A stretch of DNA of 64,000 bases. Origin: Macrostomum lignano. Taxonomy: Eukaryota. Made by a program: the position numbers and the translations under genes. Below, piece by piece: positions 10,639 to 27,690 of the stretch (position 1 is its first letter; each line of letters opens with the position of its first letter). The notes under the pieces are model-generated. The model made no database searches. It was not told the origin of the DNA and saw only the letters and a program-made list of their open reading frames with translations. The stretch is from positions 604,460-668,459 of the forward strand of contig NIVC01000301.1 of the NCBI GenBank assembly GCA_002269645.1, read 5' to 3'.

Positions 10639-13589
10639 CTACACCTGGGTGGTGAGCAGCCGCAGCAGGTGCTCCTCAATAGCCAGCTGGGCCTGCCGGG
10701 CCCCCTTCCTGGTGCACAGGGCGTAGGCGTTGAGCCGGTCGGCATTCTCAGCGTAGAGGTCCGCGCCCCAGCGCAGCAGCTTAGCCACGCAGTCGGAGTG
10801 GTTGTTGTAGGCGGAGTACATCAGGGCGGTGTTGTACAGCTCGTCGCTCTGATTCACATCGGCGCCGGCTCGCAGCAGGTGCTCAACAATGTCCGAATGG
10901 CCGTAGCAGGCAGCCAGCAGCAGGCCGCTCTCGCCATTGTCGGCTGTGAGGTTCAATGAGGCGCCTTTGTACAGCAGCAGCTCCACGGTTGGCGTCTGGC
11001 CGTTGGCGCAGGCCCAGAGCAGCGGGCTGAAGCCTTTTTGGTCCTGCTGGTCCAGGTCCAGGCCGGGCCGGTTCATGCGCTCCTGCGGGCACGGCGGGCT
11101 GGGCTGGCGCTAGGGGACTCCGAGTCTTTGAAGGGATTGTGAAGGGATAATTGAAGGGATTGTGAAGGGATAATTGAAGGTATTGTGAAGGGATAATTGA
11201 AGGTATTGTGAAGGGATATTTGAAGGGATTGGGAAGGGATATCTGAAGGGATTGGGAAGGGATATTTGAAGGGATTGGGAAGGGATATTTGAAGGGATTA
11301 TGGAGGGATAATTGAAGGGATTGCGAAGGGATAACTGGTGGATTGGAAAGGGATAACTAAAGGGATTGCAAAGGGATAACTGGTGGATTGCGAAGGGATA
11401 ACTGGTGGATTGGGAAGGGATAATTAAAAGGATTGTGGAGGGATTGTGAAGGGATAATTGAAGGTATTGTGAAGGGATAATTGAAGGTATTGTGAAGGGA
11501 TAATTGAAGGTATTGTGAAGGTGCTCCAATGGTGCTCCGCGCGTACAACGTGCCTGAGCAGCTGATCTCCGCCGTCATGGCGATGTACCGTGATACGACA
11601 GCTGCTGTGACAACACCGGACGGCCTATCGGACTCCTTTGAGACATCCTCCGGAGTGCTTCAGGGAGATACGCTGGCGCCGTTTCTGTTCGTCCTGGTGC
11701 TTGACTGGGTGCTGCGGACTGCTCTTCCTACCGACGACGACGGTTTTCTGCTGCAGCGACGCGTGGGTCGACGTCAACCGGAGAAGCGGCTCAGCGTGCT
11801 TGGCTACGCCGACGACCTCGCCCTGCTGTCCTCGACCGTCGAGGGCGCCCAACGGCAGCTGGACAGGCTGGTTGCCGTTGCGGCGAGTGTCGGCCTGGTG
11901 GTCAACACGCAGAAGACCGTTGTGCTCTGCGTGCCGGACGACATCGAGGCTGCAATATTTTGCCGAGGCGCTGACGGGCAGGCGACCGAACTCCCGCGAT
12001 GTCAGCAGTTCGTCTACCTCGGCGGTCTAGTTCCAGACGCTCGCGAGGACCTGCGACGCCGCCGCGGGCTTGCCTGGGCTGCCTTTCGTTCTGTGAGGGC
12101 AGTCCTGCAGTCCGAGGCCCTACCGGACCGCCAGAGGGCGGCGCTGTTCCAGGCGGTAATCGAGACCGTCCTGCTGTACAACGCCGAGACCTGGACGCTG
12201 ACGGACTCACTCGAACAGCAAGTCGATGCGGCGCACGCTGGTCTGCTGCGCGCCGCCTTCAACATCGGCGTCGAGCGAGTCACCAACGCGGCACTCTATC
12301 GCCGCGCTGGCCTGCCACGTCCAAGTGATCTACTGCGCCGTCGGCGACTCCAGCTCGCAGGCCATCTCATCCGCGCCGAGTCGTACTGCCCACAGCCGGT
12401 GCAGGAGGTGCTGCTGCTCACGCTGCAGGCACCCTACCGGCGAGGTCAAGCGCGAACTCGGCGTTATGTCGACTGTCTGCTGGCTGACGCCGGCGCCCCG
12501 GACACTGCCGGTGGCGCGGCCTTTGTTCGCGCCCAAGCCATGAAGCGCGCCCTGTGACGCTGACTTTTACCATCATGACAGCGTATTTTGTTGTTGTTGT
12601 TGTTGAAGGGATAATTGAAGGTATTGTGAAGGGATAATTGAAGGGATTGTGAAGGGATAATTGAAGGTATTGTGAAGGGATAATTGAAGGTATTGTGAAG
12701 GGATAATTGAAGGTATTGTGAAGGGATAATTGAAGGTATTGTGAAGGGATAATTGAAGGTATTGTGAAGGGATAATTGAAGGTATTGTGAAGGGATAATT
12801 GAAGGTATTGTGAAGGGATAATTGAAGGTATTGTGAAGGGATAATTAAAGGTATTGTGAAGGGATAATTGAAGGGATTGTGAAGGATTGAAGGGATTGTG
12901 AAGAGATAATTGAAGGGATTGTGAAGGGATAATTGAAGGTATTGTGAAGGGATAATTGAAGGTATTGTGAAGGGATAATTGAAGGTATTGTGAAGGGATG
13001 AGGGAACAGACTGAGAATGAAACAATTGAGCAGGTTGTGGAGAGAATAGTGGATCATTGTGGAGAAAAACGGAAGGGAAAGGTTGCGACAGGCCGCCAAA
13101 AAGGTTAAAAATAGACTCCTCAAAGGCAGGCAGACTCACCTGCAGCAGGTTGAGCTCGCCCTGGGCAGCCAGCTGGTGAAGCGTGAGCTCCCTGACTTCA
13201 AACTGGGCGGTGGTCTGGATATTCCGGCGCTGCACGTTGGTCAGCACTGTGCTGATCTTGTTTGGCGACCGGCCCTTCTGCGGCGGCTGCTGCTGCTGCT
13301 GCGCCTGGGAAACTGGCTGATGAGGCAGTGGCGGAGTCTGCTGCGTCTGCAGCTGCTGCTGATGGTGCGGCGGTTGCATCATGCCGAAGTGAAACACGGG
13401 CCCCATTGATGCAGCAGGGGAGCTATGAGCTGCCTTTGTGCCACCGCCGCCACCGCCCATGAGCTGCTGCTGTTGAAGGCGGTGGGCAGCCGCTGCAGCC
13501 GCCATCTGATGCTGCTGCTGCTGCTGGTAGGCAGCTGAGATCGAGTGGTGCTGCGAGTGCGGCTGCTGCAACAGCACAGGATCAGGCAT
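10639..13589 (-). CDS. RFXANK: RFXANK/ANKRA2-family ankyrin repeat protein, 2 coding exons, about 297 aa
   Basis: Exons 13589-13140 and 11082-10639 (cag|gtgagt ... ccgcag|gag). SPNKISTVLTNVQRRN...LTLHQLAAQGELNLLQ followed by ankyrin repeats (GFSPLLWACANG, GESGLLLAACYG, YNTALMYSAYNNH) and C-terminal IEEHLLRLL match the RFXANK/ANKRA2 family. The N-terminus is Q/H/A-rich. Invertebrates typically have one co-orthologue of RFXANK and ANKRA2, so the symbol is approximate. Confidence 0.85.
11128..13000. repeat. 23-bp minisatellite (TGAAGGGATAATTGAAGGTATTG) at 11128-11520 and 12606-13000, split by the LINE insertion
   Basis: The same unit lies on both sides of the retroelement. Confidence 0.92.
11521..12605 (+). 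mobile_element. 5'-truncated non-LTR retrotransposon (RTE-like LINE), C-terminal part of reverse transcriptase
   Basis: Uninterrupted ORF 11529-12557 with RT motifs GVLQGDTLAPFLF, YADD, GLVVNTQKT, FVYLG and ETVLLYNAETWTL. Short 3' UTR ending in a (TTG)n tail (to 12605). Flanks share AAGGGATAATTGAAGGTATTGTGAAG (11495-11520 and 12606-12631), a candidate TSD that is ambiguous because the target is a tandem array. Confidence 0.9.
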
Positions 13590-13616
13590 AGGGCTGCGGC
13601 TCTTCCTCATTACTCG

Positions 13617-14765
13617 CTCAAGAGTTCCGATCCCAACCCCAGATCCTCACTCAAGAGTCCCGATCCCAACCCCAGATCCTCACTCAAGAGTCCCAATCCC
13701 AACCCCAGATCCTCACTCAAGAGTCCCGATCCCAATCCCAGATCCTCACTTAAGAGTCCCGATCCCAACCCCAGATCCTCACTCAAGAGTCCCAATCCCA
13801 ACCCCAGATCCTCACTCAAGAGTCCCAATCCCAACCCCAGATCCTCACTCAAGAGTCCCAATCCCAACCCCAGATCCTCACTCAAGAGTCCCAATCCCAA
13901 CCCCAGATCCTCAGTGAAGAGTCCCGATCCCAACCCCAGATCCTCACTCAAGAGTCCCAATCCCAACCCCAGATCCTCACTCAAGAGTCCCGACCCCAAC
14001 CTCGGATCCTCACTCAAGAGTCCCGATCCCAACCCCAGATCCTCACTCAAGAGTCCCGATCCCAATCCCAGATCCTCACTCAAGAGTCCCGATCCCAATT
14101 CCAGATCCTCACTCAAGAGTCCCAATCCCAACCCCAGATCCTCACTCAAGAGTCCCGACCCCAACCTCGGATCCTCACTCAAGAGTCCCAATCCCAACCC
14201 CAGATCCTCACTCAAGAGTCCCGATCCCAATCCCAGATCCTCACTCAAGAGTCCCGATCCCAATTCCAGATCCTCACTCAAGAGTCCCAATCCCAACCCC
14301 AGATCCTCACTCGAGAGTCCCGATCCCAATCCCAGATCCTCACTCAAGAGTCCCGATCCCAACCCCAGATCCTCACTCGAGAGTCCCGATCCCAATCCCA
14401 GATCCTCACTCAAGAGTCCCGATCCCAACCCCAGATCCTCACTCGAGAGTCCCGACCCCAACCCCAGATCCTCACTCAAGAGTCCCAATCCCAACCCCAG
14501 ATCCTCACTCAAGAGTCCCGATCCCAACCCCAGATCCTCACTCAAGAGTCCCGATCCCAATCCCAGATCCTCACTCAAGAGTCCCGATCCCAACTTCATA
14601 TCCTCACTCAAGAGTCCCAATCCCAACCCCAGATCCTCACTCAAGAGTCCCGATCCCAATCCCAGATCCTCACTCAAGAGTCCCGATCCCAACTTCATAT
14701 CCTCACTCAAGAGTCCCGATCCCAACTTCATATCCTCACTCGAGAGTCCCGATCCCAACCTCGGA
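13617..14765. repeat. 33-bp minisatellite (TCCTCACTCAAGAGTCCCGATCCCAACCCCAGA), about 34 copies
   Basis: Tandem periodicity; explains the SSLKSPDPNPR ORF. Lies upstream of the RFXANK ATG (5' intron or outron). Confidence 0.95.
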
Positions 14766-15195
14766 TCAATAGTATAACCTGAATCTCGACCTTAAATTCT
14801 TACTTAAGTCAGGATCCAATCAAATTACACTAGCAACACAATAATAATTTACTTCAGTTATCAATCAACAGAAATCAGGTAAATAAAGCACAGAACCGAT
14901 TACGCACACAAAACAGAAACCGAATGACAGGATCAGAAACTTATTGTCACCTGCGCCAAATAGCAAACAGCAGGGCTTGGCGGGGTGAGGAATTTCGATA
15001 AACAGAAGAAGCCACCAAACACTGAAAGCGATAAATAAATTTCTAAACAGAGCAGACAGTTGACAGCCAATTAGCTGCAAAAAAACAACTCTAAAACAAC
15101 AAATACGAAATGAAAAAGTAAGACAGGTAGATGGGATTCGAGCGATTAATTATGAGAGGCAAAAGTAGGACCATCAAAAAACAAGAAGGGAAGTC

Positions 15196-15615
15196 AGTGA
15201 AGGGATGATTGCAGGGTCAGTGAAGGGATGATTGAAGGGTCAGTGAAGTGATGATTGAAGGGTCAGTGAAGTGATGATTGCAGGGTCAGTGAAGGGATGA
15301 TTGAATGGTCAGTGAAGTGATGATTGCAGGGTCAGTGAAGGGATTATTGCAGGGTCAGTGAAGGGATAATTGAAGGGTCAGTGAAGTGATGATTGAAGGG
15401 TCAGTGAAGTGATGATTCAAGGGTCAGTGAAGTGATGATTGCAGGGTCAGTGAAGTGATGATTGCAGGGTCAGTGAAGGGATGATTGAAGGGTCAGTGAA
15501 GTGATGATTGCAGGGTCAGTGAAGGGATGATTGAAGGGTCAGTGAAGTGATGATTGCAGGGTCAGTGAAGGGATGATTGAAGGGTCAGTGAAGTGATGAT
15601 TGAAGGTCAGTGAAT
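15196..15615. repeat. 23-bp minisatellite (TGAAGGGATGATTGAAGGGTCAG), related to the 11128-13000 array
   Basis: Tandem periodicity; shares TGAAGGGATRATTGAAGG with that array. Confidence 0.9.
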
Positions 15616-15751
15616 GCACCGATGGGGTCAGTGCAGGGAGAGAAACAGCTGACTGTAACACACTGGAGAAAGGCTATTACAGATTGCACTATTGTGCCGC
15701 ATTGAAATTTGCTCCAAGCAAAGTTCTCCCCGGAGGCATCAGGCCAGGCTT

Positions 15752-16078
15752 TTACTTGTCCTTCTTGTTCTGCTTCCGGCCCTGCTGCTTGCTGCCGGTT
15801 TCAGCCTCGCCAGTGGCCGCGGCGGGCCGCACCGGCTGCCAGCGCAGCTGACTACGCCGGTACATGGGCCAGGGCGGCAGGGTGAGCAGGGCGGACAGGG
15901 CAAAGCCGGCGGCTAGGATGAGCACAGTCTGCGAGAACTGCTGGCAGATGTAGCCCCAGGCTAACCCAGCCAGGCCAAATATTGCCAGTACAAACTGGAA
16001 GGTGCGCTCGGCCCTGCGCTGGCCTTCAAAGTCCATGTGGGTGGGGATGCGGCTGGTCAGGTCAGTGAGAAACTTCAT
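15752..16078 (-). CDS. SPCS1: Signal peptidase complex subunit 1 (SPC12), single exon, 108 aa
   Basis: Signature HMDFEGQRRAE, two hydrophobic segments, GYICQQFSQTV and LTLPPWPMYRRSQLRWQP. Confidence 0.95.
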   Translation of the reverse strand: MKFLTDLTSRIPTHMDFEGQRRAERTFQFVLAIFGLAGLAWGYICQQFSQTVLILAAGFALSALLTLPPWPMYRRSQLRWQPVRPAAATGEAETGSKQQGRKQNKKDK

Positions 16079-16208
16079 TGTTGAGGCTTGGTGAGGGGAC
16101 GCTTAGCGCTGCAATATTGGATGCCGCATGGTAACAAGCATGAAGTGCGCCAAGTGGTTTGGACCTCAAAGAACTCGCATACACATAGCACAAGACTAGG
16201 CTGAACCG

Positions 16209-18200
16209 CATATTAAACCCTTATAAACTATTTTGCCTCCCTCTAAGGAACCAAGTATGCCTAGCAATGAAAGTCAAAAGGCTAATTATCTAGTATATTA
16301 AAAACATAAAGGTTTTGTCACATTGTCAAAAGGTATTAACTATTTTTATTAGGATTATATATAAATATTAATTTATTTGTAGAATTTTCTAAAAAGACAA
16401 TTTTTGTGTCAATTATATTCTAGTTTTTAAGTCCAAAAATAATTAGTTATCAATATCTATTTATCTATTTCAAAAATTTCTATATTTATAAAAATATATA
16501 TATTTCAATACAATAATTACCATTAATGGCATACTTTATTATCTTTATTAAATTCCTTTGCAAAATGCTTTGCATAAAAGTTTGTCATTAAAAATGCTTT
16601 ATAATTTAGGCCTAGCATATAATAAAAAAACCAAGATTTCTTCATGAAACATTGTCTTTATAATAACCATTTCTAATTCTTTATATATAACTAGGAAAGG
16701 AAATTTTGTTTTTAAAGGAATATTGTCAATAAAAATTACTTACTCCAATATTAAACATTTGATAAAACTCTATGGCATTCTTATACTACCTTTAGGAATA
16801 AATAACTTGATCTTAAAAATATAAGATAATTAATCAAGCCATATCTAAAAAACATGAGGATTCCACATATATGGACATATAAAATATGGAGGTTTTAGAT
16901 AGGGAGATGCTTTAATGGGGATTGATTTTTTATAAACTTAATAGAGACAGGCATCTATTAAAAATTAAGTATATAAATTTCTAGACCTTGGGGATAGGGT
17001 AGATGACTAAGAGGTAAAGAATTGGACCATGAGAAATAAAGGATTTTAAGATAGAGAAATACTTTATATAGATTAATTTTATACATCTAAACTTTAGCAA
17101 ATGGATTGGGATTTGTTAAAAATTATGTAGCCTTATATAAAATATATAAATGTTTAGACCTTTAAGAATATAAGATAAAAGGCTAGCTTAGAACATAAAT
17201 GACTTTTTAGAATATTACTCACTATGTTATTTTTCACTATACCTTATTGTACCATGGTTATAGATCTTTAATTTGTTATAGTTAAGCCTGAACTTATGCT
17301 ATTTATAGATATTTTTATACTATAGCTAGCTTTTTAAGCTGTCTTTTAACTAGCTTGCAACTTTTACAAATTAACCAGGTGCAAAACCTATATTCTATAC
17401 TACTATTACTACAATATAGTATACTTTTATATACTTTTAGCTATTTTTTATTCTTTTTAAAGTTTAAAAAAAAGTTTTTAAAAAGAAAATTGGAAATATT
17501 ATATACACCTAAGGTTTAGGAAGTACTAACAGATAGTAAAATATAAAACAAAATTATACATATAAATAAATACAATTACAAAATGACCATAGATTATGAT
17601 GATATTAATTAAGGCCTAGTAAAAATTGTTTTACTAATCTAATCATCAAAAGGACTAAAATTGTCTATATAATACCAAACAGTCTAAGTTTTTATTAGAG
17701 AAATTTAATTTGAGAGCAAAAAAACACTTAAGTAGGGCTTATTATTAAGAGATATACTATTTACTTTACTAGGCCTAAGAAACAAATTTAAATTTTCTTT
17801 TAAAAAATATCTTGAGAAAGTTCAATGTAACGGTTCAGTGCTAGGCTATGCCTATAGAGACAAAAGTCTCACAACTGCAATAATTTTACACGCCTAAATT
17901 TAATCATAAAACACAAATACTAGACTGCAAACACTAGTCCTATTACCAATAAAAAAGAAAATGACTTGTCTCATTGCTAATTTGCCTTAATTTTGGCAAA
18001 AGAAACTCTAAGTCTAGTATTGCCTATCAGGGGCAAATTATTTAAAAAAATCTATTTTCTGATTACTAGGCCTAGCTAGACACAGACTCGAGGCCTCGAG
18101 CTAGATATCAAAATGGAAAAAGTAGAATAGTTAGCTAGGCCTAGCTATCCCCTATGCTGATATACTAAACTAAGCCTGTAAAAACTAAAAAATTGAAATC
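16209..18200. other. AT-rich, CpG-depleted island between the divergent SPCS1 and calcyphosin-like genes
   Basis: No CG dinucleotide found by eye between 16209 and 17830. Abundant TA, CTAG and TAGGCCTA. Confidence 0.75.
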
Positions 18201-19278
18201 CGAAAATGGATAATTGTATATTTGGCCAGAACTGAAAATAACCTTTGTCTTCCGGGCATCAAACAAACCCATCGATCCAACCCGCCCGTCTATAGTTAGC
18301 AAGCATACCCGAATTTGGGATTTTGTTAAATTCGTAGAACGTGTTATAATTCAAATGTGGTTTTTTGCTAGCAAATTAAAACTAAACATTGCTTTTTCTA
18401 TTATAACTACCTTGAAATTTTTTGTCTAATGTAAATAAAAAAATAAAAACTAAAAATTGGTTTACTTTCACTCTGAAATCTATTTTTATTATTCTACTCT
18501 TTGAGCTTTCGATATTTATAAAACATATATTTAAAATTCTGAAGTCGTCTGGAATTCTTTCGCTTTTTAGTATTAAATGCACTCATTGATTAATTATTAG
18601 TTTTTTTTCAACAATCTTAAAAGCCCGTCTTTTAATTAAAAAGATGTCATTTCATTTTGGTTTCAATCCAAATCGCTTTGAAACTTCAACTGTTTGTTCA
18701 GTGTTTTATATTCAGCTGCAAGAATTATCATCTGTTATAGTTATAGCCAGAAGCCAGACCCAGCCAGATCCACAATGTATGATTTTACTTGCTTAAAATA
18801 GCTTGGACCCTGTCGGATTCGAAACTAGTTAAAATTAACCAAATTTTGCATCCATAATCTTTTAGTTTTTATGTACTACATTTTACCATATTGTTTTTTG
18901 ATAAATCCATTCCAGAATTGGCCCATTTGTACCTATAATATCATTCAATATCATATCAATCATTTTTCAATTTTTCCAGTAGGTCTACTTTTATTCATGC
19001 ACTAGTGATTTTTTGAATCTATGGTCCTAGAGAACAAAATCGTTTTTTTATTTGATTACAAGTTACTTTAAATAAAGGCATAATATGCTTAACTGTATCT
19101 TTTAACTTTTGTAAGCTTTTTTTAGTCTGCTAAGACACTAAATCACCACTGACTTTCAAAAAAAACACAACACTTGCTTTTATTGAGGGTACACATAGAT
19201 GGACTAATTTTATTGACCAATCTATTGATTATTCTCTAATTTTGCATTAATCCTTTTCAGCCAGCACTAGCCTAAACA

Positions 19279-23645
<4,367 letters not shown>

Positions 23646-25189
23646 GCGACCGTTGAGGCCCCCCATGGCAACACCGATTTCCTCGAACTGAATCTTGCTT
23701 ATTTAAACAACTCTTATCTAGATATAAAATTACCTAGCGCTTAATTTTTAATTCACAAATTTTTTTATCTATTAACTAAGGCCCAGCTACTGTTAGTAGT
23801 CTAGAAAGTATTTTATTCGCTTTCTGCGTTCCGCAACCTGACATGCCGAGGGAAAAGATTTTGTCATGGACAGCTAAAGCAAAACGTTGCAAATTGCATT
23901 AACAAGATTGGAAGATACTTTGAGTTTAATTTTCCGCGAGATTTGTTTCGAGGCTTCACTCTTATTATTAAAAGTTTATTTATTCAACTTGTGTGAAGTG
24001 ACGCCGACAGAGTTAAGAACTGATTTATGCTTTGTCTCACGTTATTCCCTGTAATACTGTTAGTAGGCTGTGTTGTGCAGGAAATTCTCAGCAAAGTAGA
24101 GATAGTTCCGCATTCGCTATTTAGTTGATATTGCAAGATATAGCGATATTGTGTTTCGTTTTTTGAGTCCGCTAGCTTAGCCGATTGCTAATGAATAATT
24201 AATGAGCATTTCACTTGCTTTGAAGACCGGCCCAGGGGCAATTTCAGTTTCTGACTATTTGACTGCAATTTTATCAGCTTTTTTTATTTAACCAACTGCT
24301 CAGTGTGTTATTAATTTTAAATCGGTGCGCTGCAATGACGTCATTTTGTCTTCAAATTCAAACCAATCTTAAATCGTGTTTTTAATACTCCTTATATAAA
24401 AAGTTGTCTCGACCGTTTTTAAATTGGCGCGTATTTTAAATACTGAGTTGTGTGATTTGTTTTACCACAGCACTCTTATCGTTTGTTATACTTACCGTTT
24501 GTTTTAATCTTTGGAATTTGAAATTGTTAAGTGGGATTTTCTCCGATTTTTTAGAGTTTCTTAGGAGGGCATCAGAGGTTGAACTTTAAAAAATGATATT
24601 TTTACAAGTATTTCTACACTTACTACCTGCAACTGGCTACTCGCAGTAAGTATTAAGACATTTTCGGTTGATTCTTTTTCCAGCACGCAACTTCGGTGTG
24701 GGGTGTCCGCGCAATGTCTGCCGTTTTCTTTAATTTTTCTCGCCCACTGGCGCACAACAGCCCCCCTGGCGCTCCTCTCAGCCCTCCGTTTTCCTCGGAA
24801 ATGCCATGCTTGTTTATTGTTTATTCATTAACTTTTTTTTTAATCAATATCTATTTATCTTACCCCGCATGGATATGTCAATGCAATATGCTGACTGCAC
24901 GAGACAGGCATGTGTAGGCAAATTGCAAGCAGGATGACCCACTGGATGGGAACTGCAGCGTGCTGAGCTAACAAAGCCTGGCTTTGCAATTTACAAACCT
25001 CTCGAATAAACTGTCACTCGGCCGCCCCTATCAGCCACCGCCAGCTTCAGCTGGTCTTAACATTGTGTTTCTTCTGCAACTTTGCTTGCTTTTTCGCTTC
25101 AAAGCAAATTTAAAAATGAATTGAAATGCTCACTGACTTTTGGTCTTTCAGTGCTTTTCATTGACGGAATGAGAGATTTTCTGGAATAT

Positions 25190-26095
25190 GAAATGAGGGA
25201 GCTGGAATGGGGGAGCTGGAATGAGGGAGCTGGAATGAGCGAGCTGGAATGAGGGAGCTGGAATGGGGGAGCTGGAATGAGGGAGCTGGAATGAGGGAGC
25301 TGGAATGGGGGAGCTGGAATGGGGGAGCTGGAATAAGGGAGCTGGAATAAGGGAGCTGGAATGAGGGAGCTGGAATGAGGGAGCTGGAATGAGGGAGCTG
25401 GAATGAGGGAGCTGGAATGAGGGAGCTGGAATGAGGGAGCTGGAATGAGGAATCTATAATGAGGGTACTGGAATGAGGGAACTGGAATGAGGGAGCTGGA
25501 ATAAGGGAACTGGAATGAGGGAGCTGGAATGATGGAACTGGAATGATGAGCTGGAATGAGGGAACTGGAATGATGAGCTGGAATGAGGGAACTTGAATGA
25601 GGGAGCTGGAATGAAGGAACTTGAATGAGGGAGCTGGAATGAGGGAACTGGAATGAGGAATCTGGAATGAGGGGGAACTGGAATGAGGGAACTGGAATGA
25701 GGGAGCTGGAATGAGGGAACTGGAATGAGGGAGCTGAAATGAGGAATCTGGAATGAGGGAACTGGAATGAGGAATCTGGAATGAGGAAACTGGAATGATG
25801 AGCTGGAATGAGGGAACTTGAATGAGGGAGCTGGAATGAAGGAACTTGAATGAGGGAGCTGGAATGAGGGAACTGGAATGAGGAATCTGGAATGAGGGGG
25901 AACTGGAATGAGGGAACTGGAATGAGGGAGCTGGAATGAGGGAACTGGAATGAGGGAGCTGAAATGAGGAATCTGGAATGAGGGAACTGGAATGAGGAAT
26001 CTGGAATGAGGAAACTGGAATGAGGGAGCTGGAATGAGGGAACTTGAATGAGGGAACTGGAATGAGGAAGCTGCATGGGAAACTGGAATGGAGGA
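25190..26095. repeat. 15-bp purine-rich minisatellite (GAGCTGGAATGAGGG) with higher-order duplication
   Basis: Tandem periodicity; the block of variants recurs. Confidence 0.92.
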
Positions 26096-26756
26096 GCTGG
26101 AACCTGGAATTACTACCTTGTATCTGGTGTCTGTTGCCTTTATTTTAAGGACCAGATATCACAGAATTTTCATGGATGGGTCATGCATATACGAGTAATA
26201 GGCATCACGTGATCTGGGAGCTCTGTGGCCCTGGTTATTATGTCTTTTTATCTTTGTATTAAGCTTTGCCTCAAATTCGACGAACTTGGCTCGAACTCGC
26301 GTGCCGAGCTGGGCCGCAGCTCGCGGCCTGCCCTGCCTCTATTAGGCAAGCTCATAATAATCTGCTTCCTGCCGGCCCGAGAATTGTAAGAACTGTTGGG
26401 GGCCGCCAGCACGGCATGCGGGGGAGAGGCGCTCTGATGAAAGGAAGCCCGCCGCCCGGCCCGGCGGAATGGGAGGGGATGGGGCAGAGAGGCTGGAGCA
26501 GCATGAAGGCTTCTCGGTGATTAAAAGAAGCCCCCCCCCATCTCATCGCAGCCGGACTGAGCGGCTCGAGGCTTGCCGGGGCGGGGAGTTCAGTGTGTAA
26601 ATCGCTGCTTGCGAAAGCAGGAGGCCCGGGGAACTTGAAGCCAAAACCGAAAATTTGGATTCGAAAGGGAGCTAACGGGAAAATAAAAATACCGGATTAA
26701 GAAGTTGCGTCCAACTTTTGAGATGACGAGAACTGTGTTTTCCAAACAGTTCCCAC

Positions 26757-27257
26757 AGATCCCAGATCCCGAGGATCCCAGATCCCGAGGATCCCAGATC
26801 CCGAGGATCCCAGATCCCGAGGATCCCAGATCCCGAGGATCCCAGATCCGAGGATCCCAGATCCCGAGGATCCCAGATCCCGAGGATCCCAGATCCCGAG
26901 GATCCCAGATCCCGAGGATCCCAGATCCCGAGGATCCCAGATCCCGAGGATCCCAGATCCCGAGGATCCCAGATCCGAGGATCCCAGATCCCGAGGATCC
27001 CAGATCCGAGGATCCCAGATCCCGAGGATCCCAGATCCCGAGGATCCCAGATCCCGAGGATCCCAGATCCCGAGGATCCCAGATCCCGAGGATCCCAGAT
27101 CCCGAGGATCCCAGATCCCGAGGATCCCAGATCCCGAGGATCCCAGATCCCGAGGATCCCAGATCCGAGGATCCCAGATCCCGAGGATCCCAGATCCCGA
27201 GGATCCCAGATCCGAGGATCACAGATCCGAGGATCCCAGATCCCGAGGATCCCAGGA
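26757..27257. repeat. 16-bp minisatellite (GATCCCAGATCCCGAG)
   Basis: Tandem periodicity. Confidence 0.95.
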
Positions 27258-27690
27258 TGCACATTCGAGCCGGCCTCTGATTCCACGAGCTGCGCTCACA
27301 GAAACTTGGCTCTCTACGCCGAGTTCAAATCAGGCAAAGCAAACTCGGGCCCGAAAGGCTGAGGTGACTGAGGTGGGGGCAATCGAGTTAGGCGGGGCGG
27401 GGACGCTGAGATTTGCGCCGCTGCCATCTGGGCGGCCCACCTCATGACCGAAGGCGACACTCCTTTCTCTCCTGCATCCTTTCGCCGCAAGTCCCGTCAA
27501 CCCCCCCCCCACATCCCAGCAGCAGCCGACTTTCCCCGCGGGGCTTCGAACTGCGCGGATTCTTGAGGCGAAATCCCGGCCAACTCAGGTCGGGCTTCAT
27601 TTGCCTGGCTGAGTTGGGCGTGGGGGGCAGAGAAATTAATTGGGGAGGCAGACACTCGACGGACCGTTCGATCTGCAATCAAAACTAACT

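Noticed and set aside
13545-14777. 410-aa and 382-aa ORFs (SSLKSPDPNPR repeats)
   Set aside because: Translations of a stop-free 33-bp minisatellite upstream of the RFXANK ATG; no coding evidence.
16209-18200. AT-rich island as a mitochondrial insertion or bacterial contaminant
   Set aside because: No recognisable mitochondrial or bacterial gene, rRNA or long ORF, and it is embedded between intact nuclear genes. A heavily decayed NUMT cannot be fully excluded without a search.
23655-23675. RFX X-box-like CCATGGCAAC after the CAPSL stop (and GTTACCATG upstream of SPCS1)
   Set aside because: Half-sites only; expected by chance.
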